Shown in pieces: positions 51,914-61,687 of a DNA stretch of 64,000 nt. The position numbers were made by a program, and so were the translations under genes. The notes under the pieces were generated by a model. It was not told the DNA's origin. It ran no database searches and saw only the letters and a list, made by a program, of their open reading frames with translations. This DNA is from Myxococcota bacterium. GTDB taxonomy: Bacteria; Myxococcota_A; Bradymonadia; UBA7976; UBA1532. How positions within the stretch are numbered: position 1 is the stretch's first letter; each line of letters begins with the position of its first letter. The stretch is taken from contig JAYZEG010000062.1 in the NCBI GenBank assembly GCA_036337435.1, forward strand, positions 1-64,000, written 5' to 3'.

Positions 51914-54900
51914 ATGCGCTTTTTCATTTTGGCTTTGTGTATTTCTTTTTCCGGTCCGGTTTACGGTCAGCAACAGATCACGGGCCCAAATGGCCAGACC
52001 TATAGAGTCGACGGGCGCGGGCACGGTGGGCTTGTTGGCCCCAGTCCCTATGAAGGTTGGCCTCAGCTCTGTGTACGCGTTTGCAATAACGACTGTAATT
52101 TGGCCTGTGATGTGGATTCAATTTATTCGGCAGCAGGCGTCGCCCCGACTCAAACGGATGGTCTCCAAGGCTTACAAATGGCGACCGTGCAATTGGCTGG
52201 ATTACAGGTTTCACGGCACATCTGGATTCCGGCGGCAGGCCCGCAGAATGCAGACGGTTTTGTCGTTTACTTCGATGAGCTTTTCAATCCAACCAATGCG
52301 CCGATCACAGTCAATATTCGGTTGGGTACGGTGGCTTCCGGTCGGGGCCAAATCAACGACGCCAATGCTCGCGTTTGGCGGACTCAATCAGACGATTCGA
52401 TTCTCGAGATCCGTGACCGTTGGTTCTTGGTCGACGATGATCAGGCATTTGGCGGACGGCCATCTTTGGCGGTGCTCACCCATGGAGCAGGGGCTCGTCA
52501 GGCGTTAGGCAGCATTCAACAAGCTGCCTTCGACAATGACCAAGCTGGTCAATTGAATTGGACATTTGACCAACACACAATTCCAGCAGGTTCCCGATCG
52601 GCCTTCATTTCAGTCCTTTCGCTAAACGCGACCCGGACCGATGCCCTCGATGAAATTGAAAGCCTGATTCGGATGCGTGATGTCGATGTTTTGTTCGCGA
52701 CATCAGCAGAGCGTCGACGAGCCGTCCAGAACTTTGACATCGACCCAGACAATGCATCCCCCGTCGCCAATGCGGGTGGACCCTATACCACCGACGAAGG
52801 TCTTCCCATCGATTTGTCGGGCGTTTTTTCCTACGATGCTGAAAACGTACAGCTCCAATATTCTTGGGATCTAACAGACGACGGTGTGGATAATTTTGGC
52901 GATGCATTGACGGCCAATGCGCGTGCTCAGTTTTCTGATGATGGAATCTACACTGTCCGACTCAGAGTTGACGACGGGACGGGTAAGTTCGATATAGACA
53001 ACGCGCGCATCCAGGTGCGCAATGTCAACCCTCGAATCGATGCCATTTCGACATCCAGCCCTGTCCAAGAGGGCGAGTTAATCGATTTTGAAATCGATGC
53101 CAGCGATCCGGGCGCTGACCGGTTAACCTATGAGTTTGATTGGGACGGCGATGGTCAATTTGACACGGACCCGAGTCCGGACAATCGAGCTCAATACCGA
53201 CACCAGGGTGATGGCGAGTTGAACGGCATTGTACGTGTTCGAGATGATGATGGCGGTTTTGTCGATGGCCCTTTTTCTGTGTCCATACTCAACGCGCCGC
53301 CGCGAATCAATCAGATCGTGGCTCCGCCCGGTATTGCTGAAGGTGCCACCTTTGAGATCCGCGTGATTGCGGAAGATGGCGGCAATGATCCACTCATTTT
53401 CTCTTATGACATTGATGAAGATGGGCGAAATGATTTTTCCGGACTCGACCTAGACCGTATTGAGGTCGCTTACCAGGACGATGGATTGTATGTGGTTCGG
53501 GTTCAAGTTTGCGACGATCAGAATGCATGCTCCACAGGTGAGGTGCCCGTCAACGTCGGCAATATCCGCCCGCGTATTCTCGATGTGACCGCGACCACAC
53601 CCATTGTTGAGGGTCAGAGTTCACGGATCGTTGTCAACGCCGTGGATGTCGTCGGCGACCCGCTCTTGTATGCCTTCGATATCGACAATGATGGAGACTA
53701 TTCAGACGACGTGGAGAACCAGCTCCAATCGGCACTCACCATTCCATTTGCAGACGATGGCATTTATTTCGTCGGTGTCCGAGTTGATGATGGCGATGGG
53801 GGGATCGTCACGGACGTTGTTAGAATTGAAGTAACGAACGCGCCTCCCACTGCCGAGATTCGCGGTCCCGTATCGACCAGACAAGGCCTTCAAGAGCAGT
53901 TTACATGCCAGGGCTCAGATGTGGGCGATGACCGATTACGTTACGATTGGGATCTCGACGGAGATGACTTGTACGAAGTCAGTCGAGGACAAGCCCAAAT
54001 CACCCATAGCTTTAGAGCGGTCGGATCCTTAACAATCCGCTGTCGGGTGAGTGATGGAGATGGTGGGTTTGCTTTTGCAGAGCATCAAGTCTTCGTCTCC
54101 AATGAGCGCCCGCAGCTCGATATCGAAGTTGCGTCACCTCAAAATGAGGGGACCGAGGTGATTATACGGGCCTTCGGCTCCGATGCTGGCGGTGACACCC
54201 TTGCCTACTCCTACGATATTGATGGAGATGGTGAAATTGACTACGGCCCAACCGATGAGGCCATCATTCGTCATACCTACCCAAATCAGGGCTTCTTTAC
54301 TGTTCGAGCGTGGGCGGATGATGGAATCGACCAAATCGATGCGAGTGCACAGATTCGAATCTCGAATGTTGACCCCACAGTCCGTTTATCAATTCAGTCC
54401 CCGGTTAATGAAGGCGATGAAGTCGCAGTGACAGCGGAGGTATCGGACCCGGGTGCTGATTTAATTACGCTCCGATGGGACTTGGATGGCGATGGAGAGC
54501 CTGAGCCAGACCGCAGCGATACAGTAGAAGATGGACTTGTTGAACAGCGGTTTTTGACCAGCGATGATGGTCGCTACGACGTGACCGTCTGGGCCGATGA
54601 TGGCGATGGTGGGGAAATCAGTGTGGCGCAAGCACTGATCATCGAAAATGTGGCACCTCAATTTCCTGATGGGTACCAACCGCCCGCGGCGGTCGAAGGG
54701 CGACCCTATAATCGCGCGATTCCAGCCAATGATGTCGCTGGTCAAAATGACCCAATTCGATATTCGCTACTCGACCCACCAGAAGGGGTTGAAATCGAGG
54801 AGAATACAGGCTTGCTCCTATGGACTCCCACCTATGCCGATTTTCTGAATCGACCCGTTGTTCTGCGGGTTCGCATCGATGACGGAGATGGTGGAACCAC

Positions 54901-56482
54901 TCAACGTGCGATTCCCTTTGATGTCCTACCCACTGACGAAGATGATGATGGCATTCCTGATAGCTATGAAATCAACGCATGCTCTGCTGACGGCGTCTGC
55001 CTTGACCCAACCAACCCCGACGATGCAGATGCTGATCCCGATATGGATGGTCGATCGAATCGGCAAGAATGGACTGATGAAACAGACCCGTATGCCTATG
55101 AAGGTCCTGAGCCAACCGAGTTGTTGTTTCCCGAAGACGAAGACCGTGTCAATACGCTGAGTCCTCAGTTGGTGGCGAGGCGCGTACAAGATAACCAAGG
55201 CAATGCCATCTTTATTGAATTTGAGCTCTTCGATACTGACCAACCGACGATGCCAATCGTATCGAGTGGTCGTGTCCTCCAGCCAGTTGATGGGGATACA
55301 CGATGGATGATTCCGGAGGGTCTACTCGATGAAGATGTTTGGTATTGGTGGCGGGCGAGAGCTGTCACAGCTCGGCTCAATACACCATGGACATCTCTGT
55401 TTGTCTTTAGAACCAATTCGGAAAACTCTGCGCCAACCACGCCACAACTTCTTGGTCCACCGGATGGGTCCAGTCTTGGTGATCTCAGACCGACTCTCAG
55501 AGCAACAGTCGCTACGGATGCCGACGAGGACTATTTGCGATACGTGTTTCGCATCTATGGTCCAAATGGGGAAATCTTTACCACCGGAGCCGGAGAGCCT
55601 ATTGACGGTGAAATCCATTTCAGAACACCCGCTTTGATCGAAAACACCACAATGACATGGGATGTTGTGGCCATCGATGAGGCCAGTGCAGAATCCGCCC
55701 CATCGGAATCGTGGTCCATTTATGTTGATACAGAAAACAGTGCGCCCAGCACACCTCGATTCCTGCGACCCATAGACGCTGAGGTGATTGGCACCGTCAG
55801 TCCTGAATTCGCTGTGACGCCCAGTGAGGATGAAGATGGAGACACGGTCACGTACTTGTTTACGATTCATTCCCAAGACGGCGAACTGGTCCTAGCGAGT
55901 GAAGCAATTGCTGACTCTGGCGACGAAGAAATCATCTGGCAGCCTGACTTTGAATTGGATGAAGATCATGAATACACCGCCTCTATTTATGCACAAGATG
56001 AGCGTGGTGCTGTTTCGTCCGAAGACTCAGTGACATTCTTTGTCTCCACCGAGAATGACCCACCATCCATCCCCATGCCACTGTCTCCTCGGAATGCATC
56101 CGAAGTCTTTGGAGACGATGCGATTCTAATTTGGACAGATGCAATCGACCCAGAAGGCGCAGTGGTCAATTATGTTGTTGAACTGTGTGCCGGCGAGATG
56201 TGTGTACGGAGCGAACCACAGACTGAGGTATCGATTTCCATGGCCAATATTGTTCAAGATGGAGAGACGTATTCTTGGCGTGTAGAAGCCATCGATGCCG
56301 ATGGGCTTTCGTCTGGATTGAGCGAACCCTGGCAATTTACGATTTCCGGAACCTCGACCTCGTCAGATGCCGGCGACTCGGGCTGTAGTTGCCATGTTGG
56401 AGATGCGCCAAAACCGCCGAATATTTTGACTCTACTTCTTGTCTTGATTGGGTTGGTTGGTCTCCGCTTCCGTAAGGTTTGA
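51914..56482 (+). CDS. Large surface protein: PKD/Ig-like repeats, Ca-binding motifs, Fn3-like repeats, MYXO-CTERM sorting signal
   Basis: Signal peptide; repeated YxWDxDGDG...GxYxVxVRVxDxDGG; NxAPxxP repeats; C-terminus GCSCHVG-hydrophobic-RFRKV; AGGA RBS. Confidence 0.9.
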   Translation: MRFFILALCISFSGPVYGQQQITGPNGQTYRVDGRGHGGLVGPSPYEGWPQLCVRVCNNDCNLACDVDSIYSAAGVAPTQTDGLQGLQMATVQLAGLQVSRHIWIPAAGPQNADGFVVYFDELFNPTNAPITVNIRLGTVASGRGQINDANARVWRTQSDDSILEIRDRWFLVDDDQAFGGRPSLAVLTHGAGARQALGSIQQAAFDNDQAGQLNWTFDQHTIPAGSRSAFISVLSLNATRTDALDEIESLIRMRDVDVLFATSAERRRAVQNFDIDPDNASPVANAGGPYTTDEGLPIDLSGVFSYDAENVQLQYSWDLTDDGVDNFGDALTANARAQFSDDGIYTVRLRVDDGTGKFDIDNARIQVRNVNPRIDAISTSSPVQEGELIDFEIDASDPGADRLTYEFDWDGDGQFDTDPSPDNRAQYRHQGDGELNGIVRVRDDDGGFVDGPFSVSILNAPPRINQIVAPPGIAEGATFEIRVIAEDGGNDPLIFSYDIDEDGRNDFSGLDLDRIEVAYQDDGLYVVRVQVCDDQNACSTGEVPVNVGNIRPRILDVTATTPIVEGQSSRIVVNAVDVVGDPLLYAFDIDNDGDYSDDVENQLQSALTIPFADDGIYFVGVRVDDGDGGIVTDVVRIEVTNAPPTAEIRGPVSTRQGLQEQFTCQGSDVGDDRLRYDWDLDGDDLYEVSRGQAQITHSFRAVGSLTIRCRVSDGDGGFAFAEHQVFVSNERPQLDIEVASPQNEGTEVIIRAFGSDAGGDTLAYSYDIDGDGEIDYGPTDEAIIRHTYPNQGFFTVRAWADDGIDQIDASAQIRISNVDPTVRLSIQSPVNEGDEVAVTAEVSDPGADLITLRWDLDGDGEPEPDRSDTVEDGLVEQRFLTSDDGRYDVTVWADDGDGGEISVAQALIIENVAPQFPDGYQPPAAVEGRPYNRAIPANDVAGQNDPIRYSLLDPPEGVEIEENTGLLLWTPTYADFLNRPVVLRVRIDDGDGGTTQRAIPFDVLPTDEDDDGIPDSYEINACSADGVCLDPTNPDDADADPDMDGRSNRQEWTDETDPYAYEGPEPTELLFPEDEDRVNTLSPQLVARRVQDNQGNAIFIEFELFDTDQPTMPIVSSGRVLQPVDGDTRWMIPEGLLDEDVWYWWRARAVTARLNTPWTSLFVFRTNSENSAPTTPQLLGPPDGSSLGDLRPTLRATVATDADEDYLRYVFRIYGPNGEIFTTGAGEPIDGEIHFRTPALIENTTMTWDVVAIDEASAESAPSESWSIYVDTENSAPSTPRFLRPIDAEVIGTVSPEFAVTPSEDEDGDTVTYLFTIHSQDGELVLASEAIADSGDEEIIWQPDFELDEDHEYTASIYAQDERGAVSSEDSVTFFVSTENDPPSIPMPLSPRNASEVFGDDAILIWTDAIDPEGAVVNYVVELCAGEMCVRSEPQTEVSISMANIVQDGETYSWRVEAIDADGLSSGLSEPWQFTISGTSTSSDAGDSGCSCHVGDAPKPPNILTLLLVLIGLVGLRFRKV

Positions 56483-56546
56483 CGCCTGAACAGCCTACAA
56501 GTAACGTATCGACCAAAGAATGACCGATAGTCTTTAGGAGTTCGCT

Positions 56547-57809
56547 TTGGCAAACAATAAGATCCTGCTCTTAGACGACGTTGAAGATGATCTGAATCGA
56601 CTCGCAGAGATCGTGGAGTCCATTGGGATATCCATCGAGAAAGCCGACTCACAACAGGCAGCATTGGTCCAATGCGAACGAGGTGTTTCCTGCGTTTTCC
56701 TCGACCCAACCGGCGAGTCCATCAATGCGACCGAACTCTATGCACAGTTAGACAAGCTTGGATTGCCATTCGTTTGTGTGAGTAAAGAAAGCAGTCGTGA
56801 AGATGTCATTAGTGCACTTCGGTCTGGTTGTTTGGACTGGTTGGACAAACCCATCGAGGCAGAGGCGGTTAGATCGGCTTTTCGCCGCATTGAAAAGCGG
56901 GCAAAAATTTCATTGGTCGAGGACAAACAGAAAAGTTCATCGACGACAGGACGAGGTTTAATTGCAGAGATTGCAAAGCGAATTCGGGATGGGAACGTCG
57001 ACTTACCTGAAGTCCCAGACATCGTAAAAGAATTGAATCACCTTTTGGTCAATTTGGACGTTGAAGCAGACGCTGTACAAGCCGTTGTTGAGCGTGACCC
57101 ATCCCTTGCGGCTCGGCTGGTTGCGACCGTGAATACTGCGACCTATGGTGGTGCCTACTGGAAAGGTCAGATTACCGACATCAAAGCTTGCGTCACGAGA
57201 CTGGGCAATCAGGCCATTCGTAATCTGGTTCAAACCGATGCCATCAAAGGCATGTTTCAGTTCCGATCACCCGCCTTTAAAGCCGTCTTTGATAAGATGT
57301 GGCGTTGCCACTTCATGAGCGCGTGTCTGGCGCGAGATGTCGCAGAAGCTGCCGAGCTTGGGGACATTGAAGAAGTGTACTTGGTTGGGTTAATCCATAA
57401 CATCGGCGAGCTTTTTCTTCTCCGGGTTTTCGGTGAGCTTTTTCAAAGGCAGAACAACCAGGTTTTGTCCATGGACGAAGTGCTCGATATGGTGCGTGAT
57501 TATCATTGCGTCTTTGGCGAAGCTTTGGTGAAAAAGTGGGACCTCGGTGACCAGTTTGCTTTTGTGACCCGCCATCATCACGATTTAAAAATGTACCAAG
57601 ATACGGAAGGTGAGAATAGTCATGTCAAACTCATGCACTGCGTGAATTTGGCCGACCAACTCGTGAATTACACAGGCGCAACCTACTACGCCAAAGCACT
57701 TCCAGCACCCAGCTTGCAAGAGAGTTATCAGGTCATCGAAGTGGATGCGGATGCCAAAGAAAAACTACGCCATCGAGCCGAGAAAATGTACGGTGAGTTG
57801 TTTGGCTAA
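56547..57809 (+). CDS. Receiver + HDOD domain signalling protein
   Basis: ILLLDD...FLD...S...KP receiver; LPEVPDIV...DPSLAARL...GLIHNIG HDOD domain; AGGAG RBS. Confidence 0.85.
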   Translation: MANNKILLLDDVEDDLNRLAEIVESIGISIEKADSQQAALVQCERGVSCVFLDPTGESINATELYAQLDKLGLPFVCVSKESSREDVISALRSGCLDWLDKPIEAEAVRSAFRRIEKRAKISLVEDKQKSSSTTGRGLIAEIAKRIRDGNVDLPEVPDIVKELNHLLVNLDVEADAVQAVVERDPSLAARLVATVNTATYGGAYWKGQITDIKACVTRLGNQAIRNLVQTDAIKGMFQFRSPAFKAVFDKMWRCHFMSACLARDVAEAAELGDIEEVYLVGLIHNIGELFLLRVFGELFQRQNNQVLSMDEVLDMVRDYHCVFGEALVKKWDLGDQFAFVTRHHHDLKMYQDTEGENSHVKLMHCVNLADQLVNYTGATYYAKALPAPSLQESYQVIEVDADAKEKLRHRAEKMYGELFG

Positions 57810-57817
57810 AGCCCGGT

Positions 57818-58282
57818 TTATTTGAGTGCTCGATCAGAGTTAAGGACGGGCCATTTACCGTATTTGGCGGCTGCTTCCGGTCCAGAGAAAACTTGGATTG
57901 CAACCAAGGGGTCTGGCCCGTTTACAAACGAGACCTCGGCCCCAGCAGGCATATAAATGGTCATGCCGGCCGAAACCTGAATCGTTTGACCATCGATGGT
58001 CATTTCACCCGCTCCGCTGACGATGACTAAATATTCCTCAGTTGGATCTTTATGCAAGGGCACGCGCGCACTCGGCGCGAGCCACAATCGCCCGATGAAA
58101 GCATTTTTACCTTGGGCGAGCCTTTGAATCTTGGCTTTTCCATTGGTGAGACCTCGAGTCTCCAGATTGTCTGAGCTTGTAATTGTGTATTTGGCCCCAT
58201 TGGCCTTTGGCGATGCCCACACACTCGTACAAAAGGTCATCATTAACAAAACTCGAATAAGGTCCATTGCTAGCCCTTTCAT
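57818..58282 (-). CDS. Secreted cupin-domain protein
   Basis: Signal peptide; VPLHKDPTEEYLVIVSGAG...GMTIYMPAG cupin motifs. Confidence 0.82.
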   Translation of the reverse strand: MKGLAMDLIRVLLMMTFCTSVWASPKANGAKYTITSSDNLETRGLTNGKAKIQRLAQGKNAFIGRLWLAPSARVPLHKDPTEEYLVIVSGAGEMTIDGQTIQVSAGMTIYMPAGAEVSFVNGPDPLVAIQVFSGPEAAAKYGKWPVLNSDRALK

Positions 58283-58292
58283 TTACCTTCAT

Positions 58293-60155
58293 CTACCGCC
58301 GCTCGACCCGGTATACATAGTCATTCTGACCTTGTCCGAATAGAATGACTCGCACCTTGTAGACACCCGCATTGAATCGATTTGGCAGCTCAACACTGTG
58401 GTTGTTCGCTCCGTTGAGGTCGAATCCAACCAGATTGAGGTCGCCATCGTACACGAGAAGATCGATATCGCCTCGGGCTCCATCAAATTCGATGCTAAAG
58501 GTGATAGATTCGGACTCAGCTTTTGGCAGACTGAACCAATCTTCACTTTGCCCGCATACGACACGCTCTTGACCCACCAAGTTGCCTTGCGCTGGTAATT
58601 CGAAAGCGTCGTCTGGGCTGTCATCCGGTTCAAACTGGTCGTCGTTGCAAGTCGTGCCCGTGGCTGGACGCGTAGCGATCCAATACTGGCCACCATCCCG
58701 GGCTACTCCAGGTAAATTGAGCTCGACAAAGAGATTGTCATCGATGTCCGGATAATCGAAGGAAACCCATGGTGTGCCGGTATCTCGCCCAAAGGCGATT
58801 CGGTCAATCAGGCCGTTATTTGCCCGACTTACGTCGGCTTCGATGCTCGGCAATGCTGTTTTCAGGAGGAGACTGCCCTCACGGTCTCTCCGTCTTTGCC
58901 TTATCTCATACCAATCACCATTGCCCGGGCAGAGTCGAGCTGCGATGCGTGCTCCAGATGCCCCGATCGTCGTGGCTGAATCAGGCCCATTATCTGGTTC
59001 TAAGACATCCTCCTCACAGATGATGGTTCGGTCTTTGACATCGAACCTGTATGCGACACTCTCGGCGGTCGTCCCGAGAAAGAAGCTTGGGCTGCTGAGG
59101 ACCAGCTCTGCACCTGGTTGAAGAGTAATTGTACGGATTGTTTGACCTTGTCCTGCATCCAACTCAGTGAGTTCTATTGGGCCACTGGCGTCGTTCAGAG
59201 ACAAAACAGGCTCATCGATGTCATCGCTGATGGAAAAATAATCAAGATCAGTTGGACATAGAGTACCTTCGACAGGTCCAAGGGCATCAATCTGCGTCAA
59301 CTCGGACAGTCCATTATTCGGTTCATAATCGTCCAAGCCGCACAATGGCAGCCGACACTCACTGTCTATACACGACTCGTTTGGCAGGCAGTCCTCATCG
59401 GTGACACAGTCTACGCACTGATTTGTCCCTGTCTCGCACACGAGTCCATCTTCGCAATCTCGGTCTAATAGACAGTCGACACATTCACCTGTGTCGAGTC
59501 GACATTGCAGGTCAGCGTCGCACGGCCCGCAAAGATCATCAGGAATGCACTGAGCATTGACGCAACGTTCAGCGGATGCGCAGACGGGATCGCACAGGTC
59601 AATCTGGACGCATTGACCATCCCGGCATTGGAGGTCAGGCCCGCAGTCATCGGCTGAGTCGCAGGACTCGCTTGCTTGACACAGATTATCGACGCAGATG
59701 AATCCCGAGTCGCAGACAGGATTACAGCCAGCGGCGAAGGAACCGATGACAAATCGGTGATAGCCAGTGCTTGGAAACGTATCGCGTCCTCCGGGGCCTT
59801 CAACCACGATCCGCAGCAAGATGGCCTTGTCGAGGACACTGCCAGGGAGCCGTCCTTCCCATGAATCAGAGCGGACTTTGAACATCTTTATTTCTGTCAG
59901 TGAAGCGGGCTCTGCTGCTTCATCCCGCCACTCTGCATAGGCCCGGTTGATGGACCCCCAAGTTTGAGCACTGACCAGGTACGGTCCTGTTCGATCAGAC
60001 GTGTCCGATGGGACATTGACTTCAAGGATATCGGGCGGAGCAAGACCACAGCCGACAGCCCAAATCCACTGAGCCGATAAAACGGCAAAAATTAAGGTCG
60101 AGGTGCGCAAATACTGGCCGCATCTTCGAGTACATTTTCGTTTTCGCTTCTCCAT
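58293..60155 (-). CDS. Cys-rich lipoprotein with C-terminal PPC-like domains
   Basis: WAVGC lipobox-like motif; CxxDxDC repeats; three DDxxEPxN/D...C...DW/YF units. The start may be the TTG at 60110. Confidence 0.8.
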   Translation of the reverse strand: MEKRKRKCTRRCGQYLRTSTLIFAVLSAQWIWAVGCGLAPPDILEVNVPSDTSDRTGPYLVSAQTWGSINRAYAEWRDEAAEPASLTEIKMFKVRSDSWEGRLPGSVLDKAILLRIVVEGPGGRDTFPSTGYHRFVIGSFAAGCNPVCDSGFICVDNLCQASESCDSADDCGPDLQCRDGQCVQIDLCDPVCASAERCVNAQCIPDDLCGPCDADLQCRLDTGECVDCLLDRDCEDGLVCETGTNQCVDCVTDEDCLPNESCIDSECRLPLCGLDDYEPNNGLSELTQIDALGPVEGTLCPTDLDYFSISDDIDEPVLSLNDASGPIELTELDAGQGQTIRTITLQPGAELVLSSPSFFLGTTAESVAYRFDVKDRTIICEEDVLEPDNGPDSATTIGASGARIAARLCPGNGDWYEIRQRRRDREGSLLLKTALPSIEADVSRANNGLIDRIAFGRDTGTPWVSFDYPDIDDNLFVELNLPGVARDGGQYWIATRPATGTTCNDDQFEPDDSPDDAFELPAQGNLVGQERVVCGQSEDWFSLPKAESESITFSIEFDGARGDIDLLVYDGDLNLVGFDLNGANNHSVELPNRFNAGVYKVRVILFGQGQNDYVYRVERR

Positions 60156-61687
60156 AGGGGTAAGAGTACGATCTGACAGACAGTCCCCTCAAGACAGTTT
60201 TCGTCAGGATTCATCAAATCGCAGGGTTCTACGCAAAAACCCTCCGCCGAACACCACCTAGAACGGCATTCGATATCGTGTTGACAACCCGCCCCAGCCC
60301 CACGGTCGCCGATGGCTCTCTGGCAGCGCGTTGTCCAACCCGCACGCTGTGAATCGGGCTTTAAGACGCACACCTCGTCGTCGATACATGACCGACTCTC
60401 GCAGTCGCTATCGCTCCCAAAATTGGGGAGGCATCCGGAAAAACCGAGATACGGACCATTGGCGTCATTTGCCTGTGCAACGAGATAATGGACGTTCTCA
60501 TAACAGACGTGCCCAATGCCACAGTGGCCTTCTGTATCGGGAACGCATGGACCCCAGCAGGTGGCATCTAAGCAGACCTGGCTCTGGCAATCGCTGTGGT
60601 TTTGGCAGCGGCTTCCGGGATTACGGCCAGGTGGTGTCGGTTGACAGGTGAGGCGTGTCCTCTGATCTGCGACGCTTGGCAGACACGTACGACCAACAGC
60701 ACACTCGATATCGTTTTGGCAGCTCAGATCCTGAGCGATACACGTGCGCAGACTGTAGGTGGCTTGGCCAACGGACCACGCGTCAAGCGCGCACAAACCG
60801 CTTGGGCAATCTGAACCGCTTGAACAAGGCCAAAAGCAAAATCCGGATTCGAGGCATGCCCCAGACGGACAGCTTTGATCGTCCGTACAGAGTTGAAAAG
60901 TCCGAGGGCGTTCACCTGTTGTACATCGCCGCTTTGGCTGCTCCTGCTCCAGTATCACCTCGCAATATCCGTCAACACAGTCAGGATGCCGTAAACACCT
61001 GTTGGTCAGACATTCACGAGTGTCTGGGTCACACTGCCCGGGTTGGCAGGTCGGCGAATTCAATCGGCAACCTGGCTCGCATCTGCCATCGTCACAATCC
61101 TCGACGACTTGGCAATCTTGGTCTGAATCGCAGTCTCGCTCAATGCATCGTTGAGTCTCCTGGTCACACATCTCCGTCACTGGGCAATCGGCCGATTCTC
61201 TGCAAGCTGAATTGCAGGCTGTTCCATCGCAAGACTCATCTAGCGCACGACTTGGATTGTCACAGGGAGTTGCGTCACAGGACCTCGGCAGCAGACACTG
61301 GCCTCGAGTTTGATCACATTCACCGAATAGACAGTCACTATCCGTCTGGCAAACACCTGGGACAGCCGATTGGCACCAACCGAGAATGCATAACCGGTCG
61401 TCGCCACAGGTCGAGTCATTTTCACATTGACGTGGTGAGCAAATCGAATTGAGACAGACGTCTGTTGGGCCACAGTCACTATTCCGTTGGCATTGTTGTG
61501 GTGCCTGACATCGCATAAACCGACAGATCTCGCCTGACCTACAGTCGTCTTCTGTTCGACATGAAAGATGAGACGCTGGGTCCGAACAGTTCAGTAACGC
61601 CAACAAGAACAAGGGCCAGCATGCGCTCCGAATCTGTGCTGAGCCCTCGGCTTTGAACTTAAGGAGACGTCTTTTTCTCTCGCCCAT
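60092..61687 (-). CDS. Cys-rich repeat (Dickkopf/EB-like) putative lipoprotein
   Basis: LFLLALLNC signal, then near-continuous CxxDxDCxxxxxC repeats; start uncertain. Confidence 0.8.
   Translation of the reverse strand: MGERKRRLLKFKAEGSAQIRSACWPLFLLALLNCSDPASHLSCRTEDDCRSGEICRFMRCQAPQQCQRNSDCGPTDVCLNSICSPRQCENDSTCGDDRLCILGWCQSAVPGVCQTDSDCLFGECDQTRGQCLLPRSCDATPCDNPSRALDESCDGTACNSACRESADCPVTEMCDQETQRCIERDCDSDQDCQVVEDCDDGRCEPGCRLNSPTCQPGQCDPDTRECLTNRCLRHPDCVDGYCEVILEQEQPKRRCTTGERPRTFQLCTDDQSCPSGACLESGFCFWPCSSGSDCPSGLCALDAWSVGQATYSLRTCIAQDLSCQNDIECAVGRTCLPSVADQRTRLTCQPTPPGRNPGSRCQNHSDCQSQVCLDATCWGPCVPDTEGHCGIGHVCYENVHYLVAQANDANGPYLGFSGCLPNFGSDSDCESRSCIDDEVCVLKPDSQRAGWTTRCQRAIGDRGAGAGCQHDIECRSRWCSAEGFCVEPCDLMNPDENCLEGTVCQIVLLPLWRSENENVLEDAASICAPRP

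Noticed and set aside
51828..52508. Long alternative-frame or antisense ORFs (51828-52508, 60655-61452, 23378-24043, 51029-51640)
   Set aside because: They lie over well-supported genes, show no motifs and have no clear RBS.
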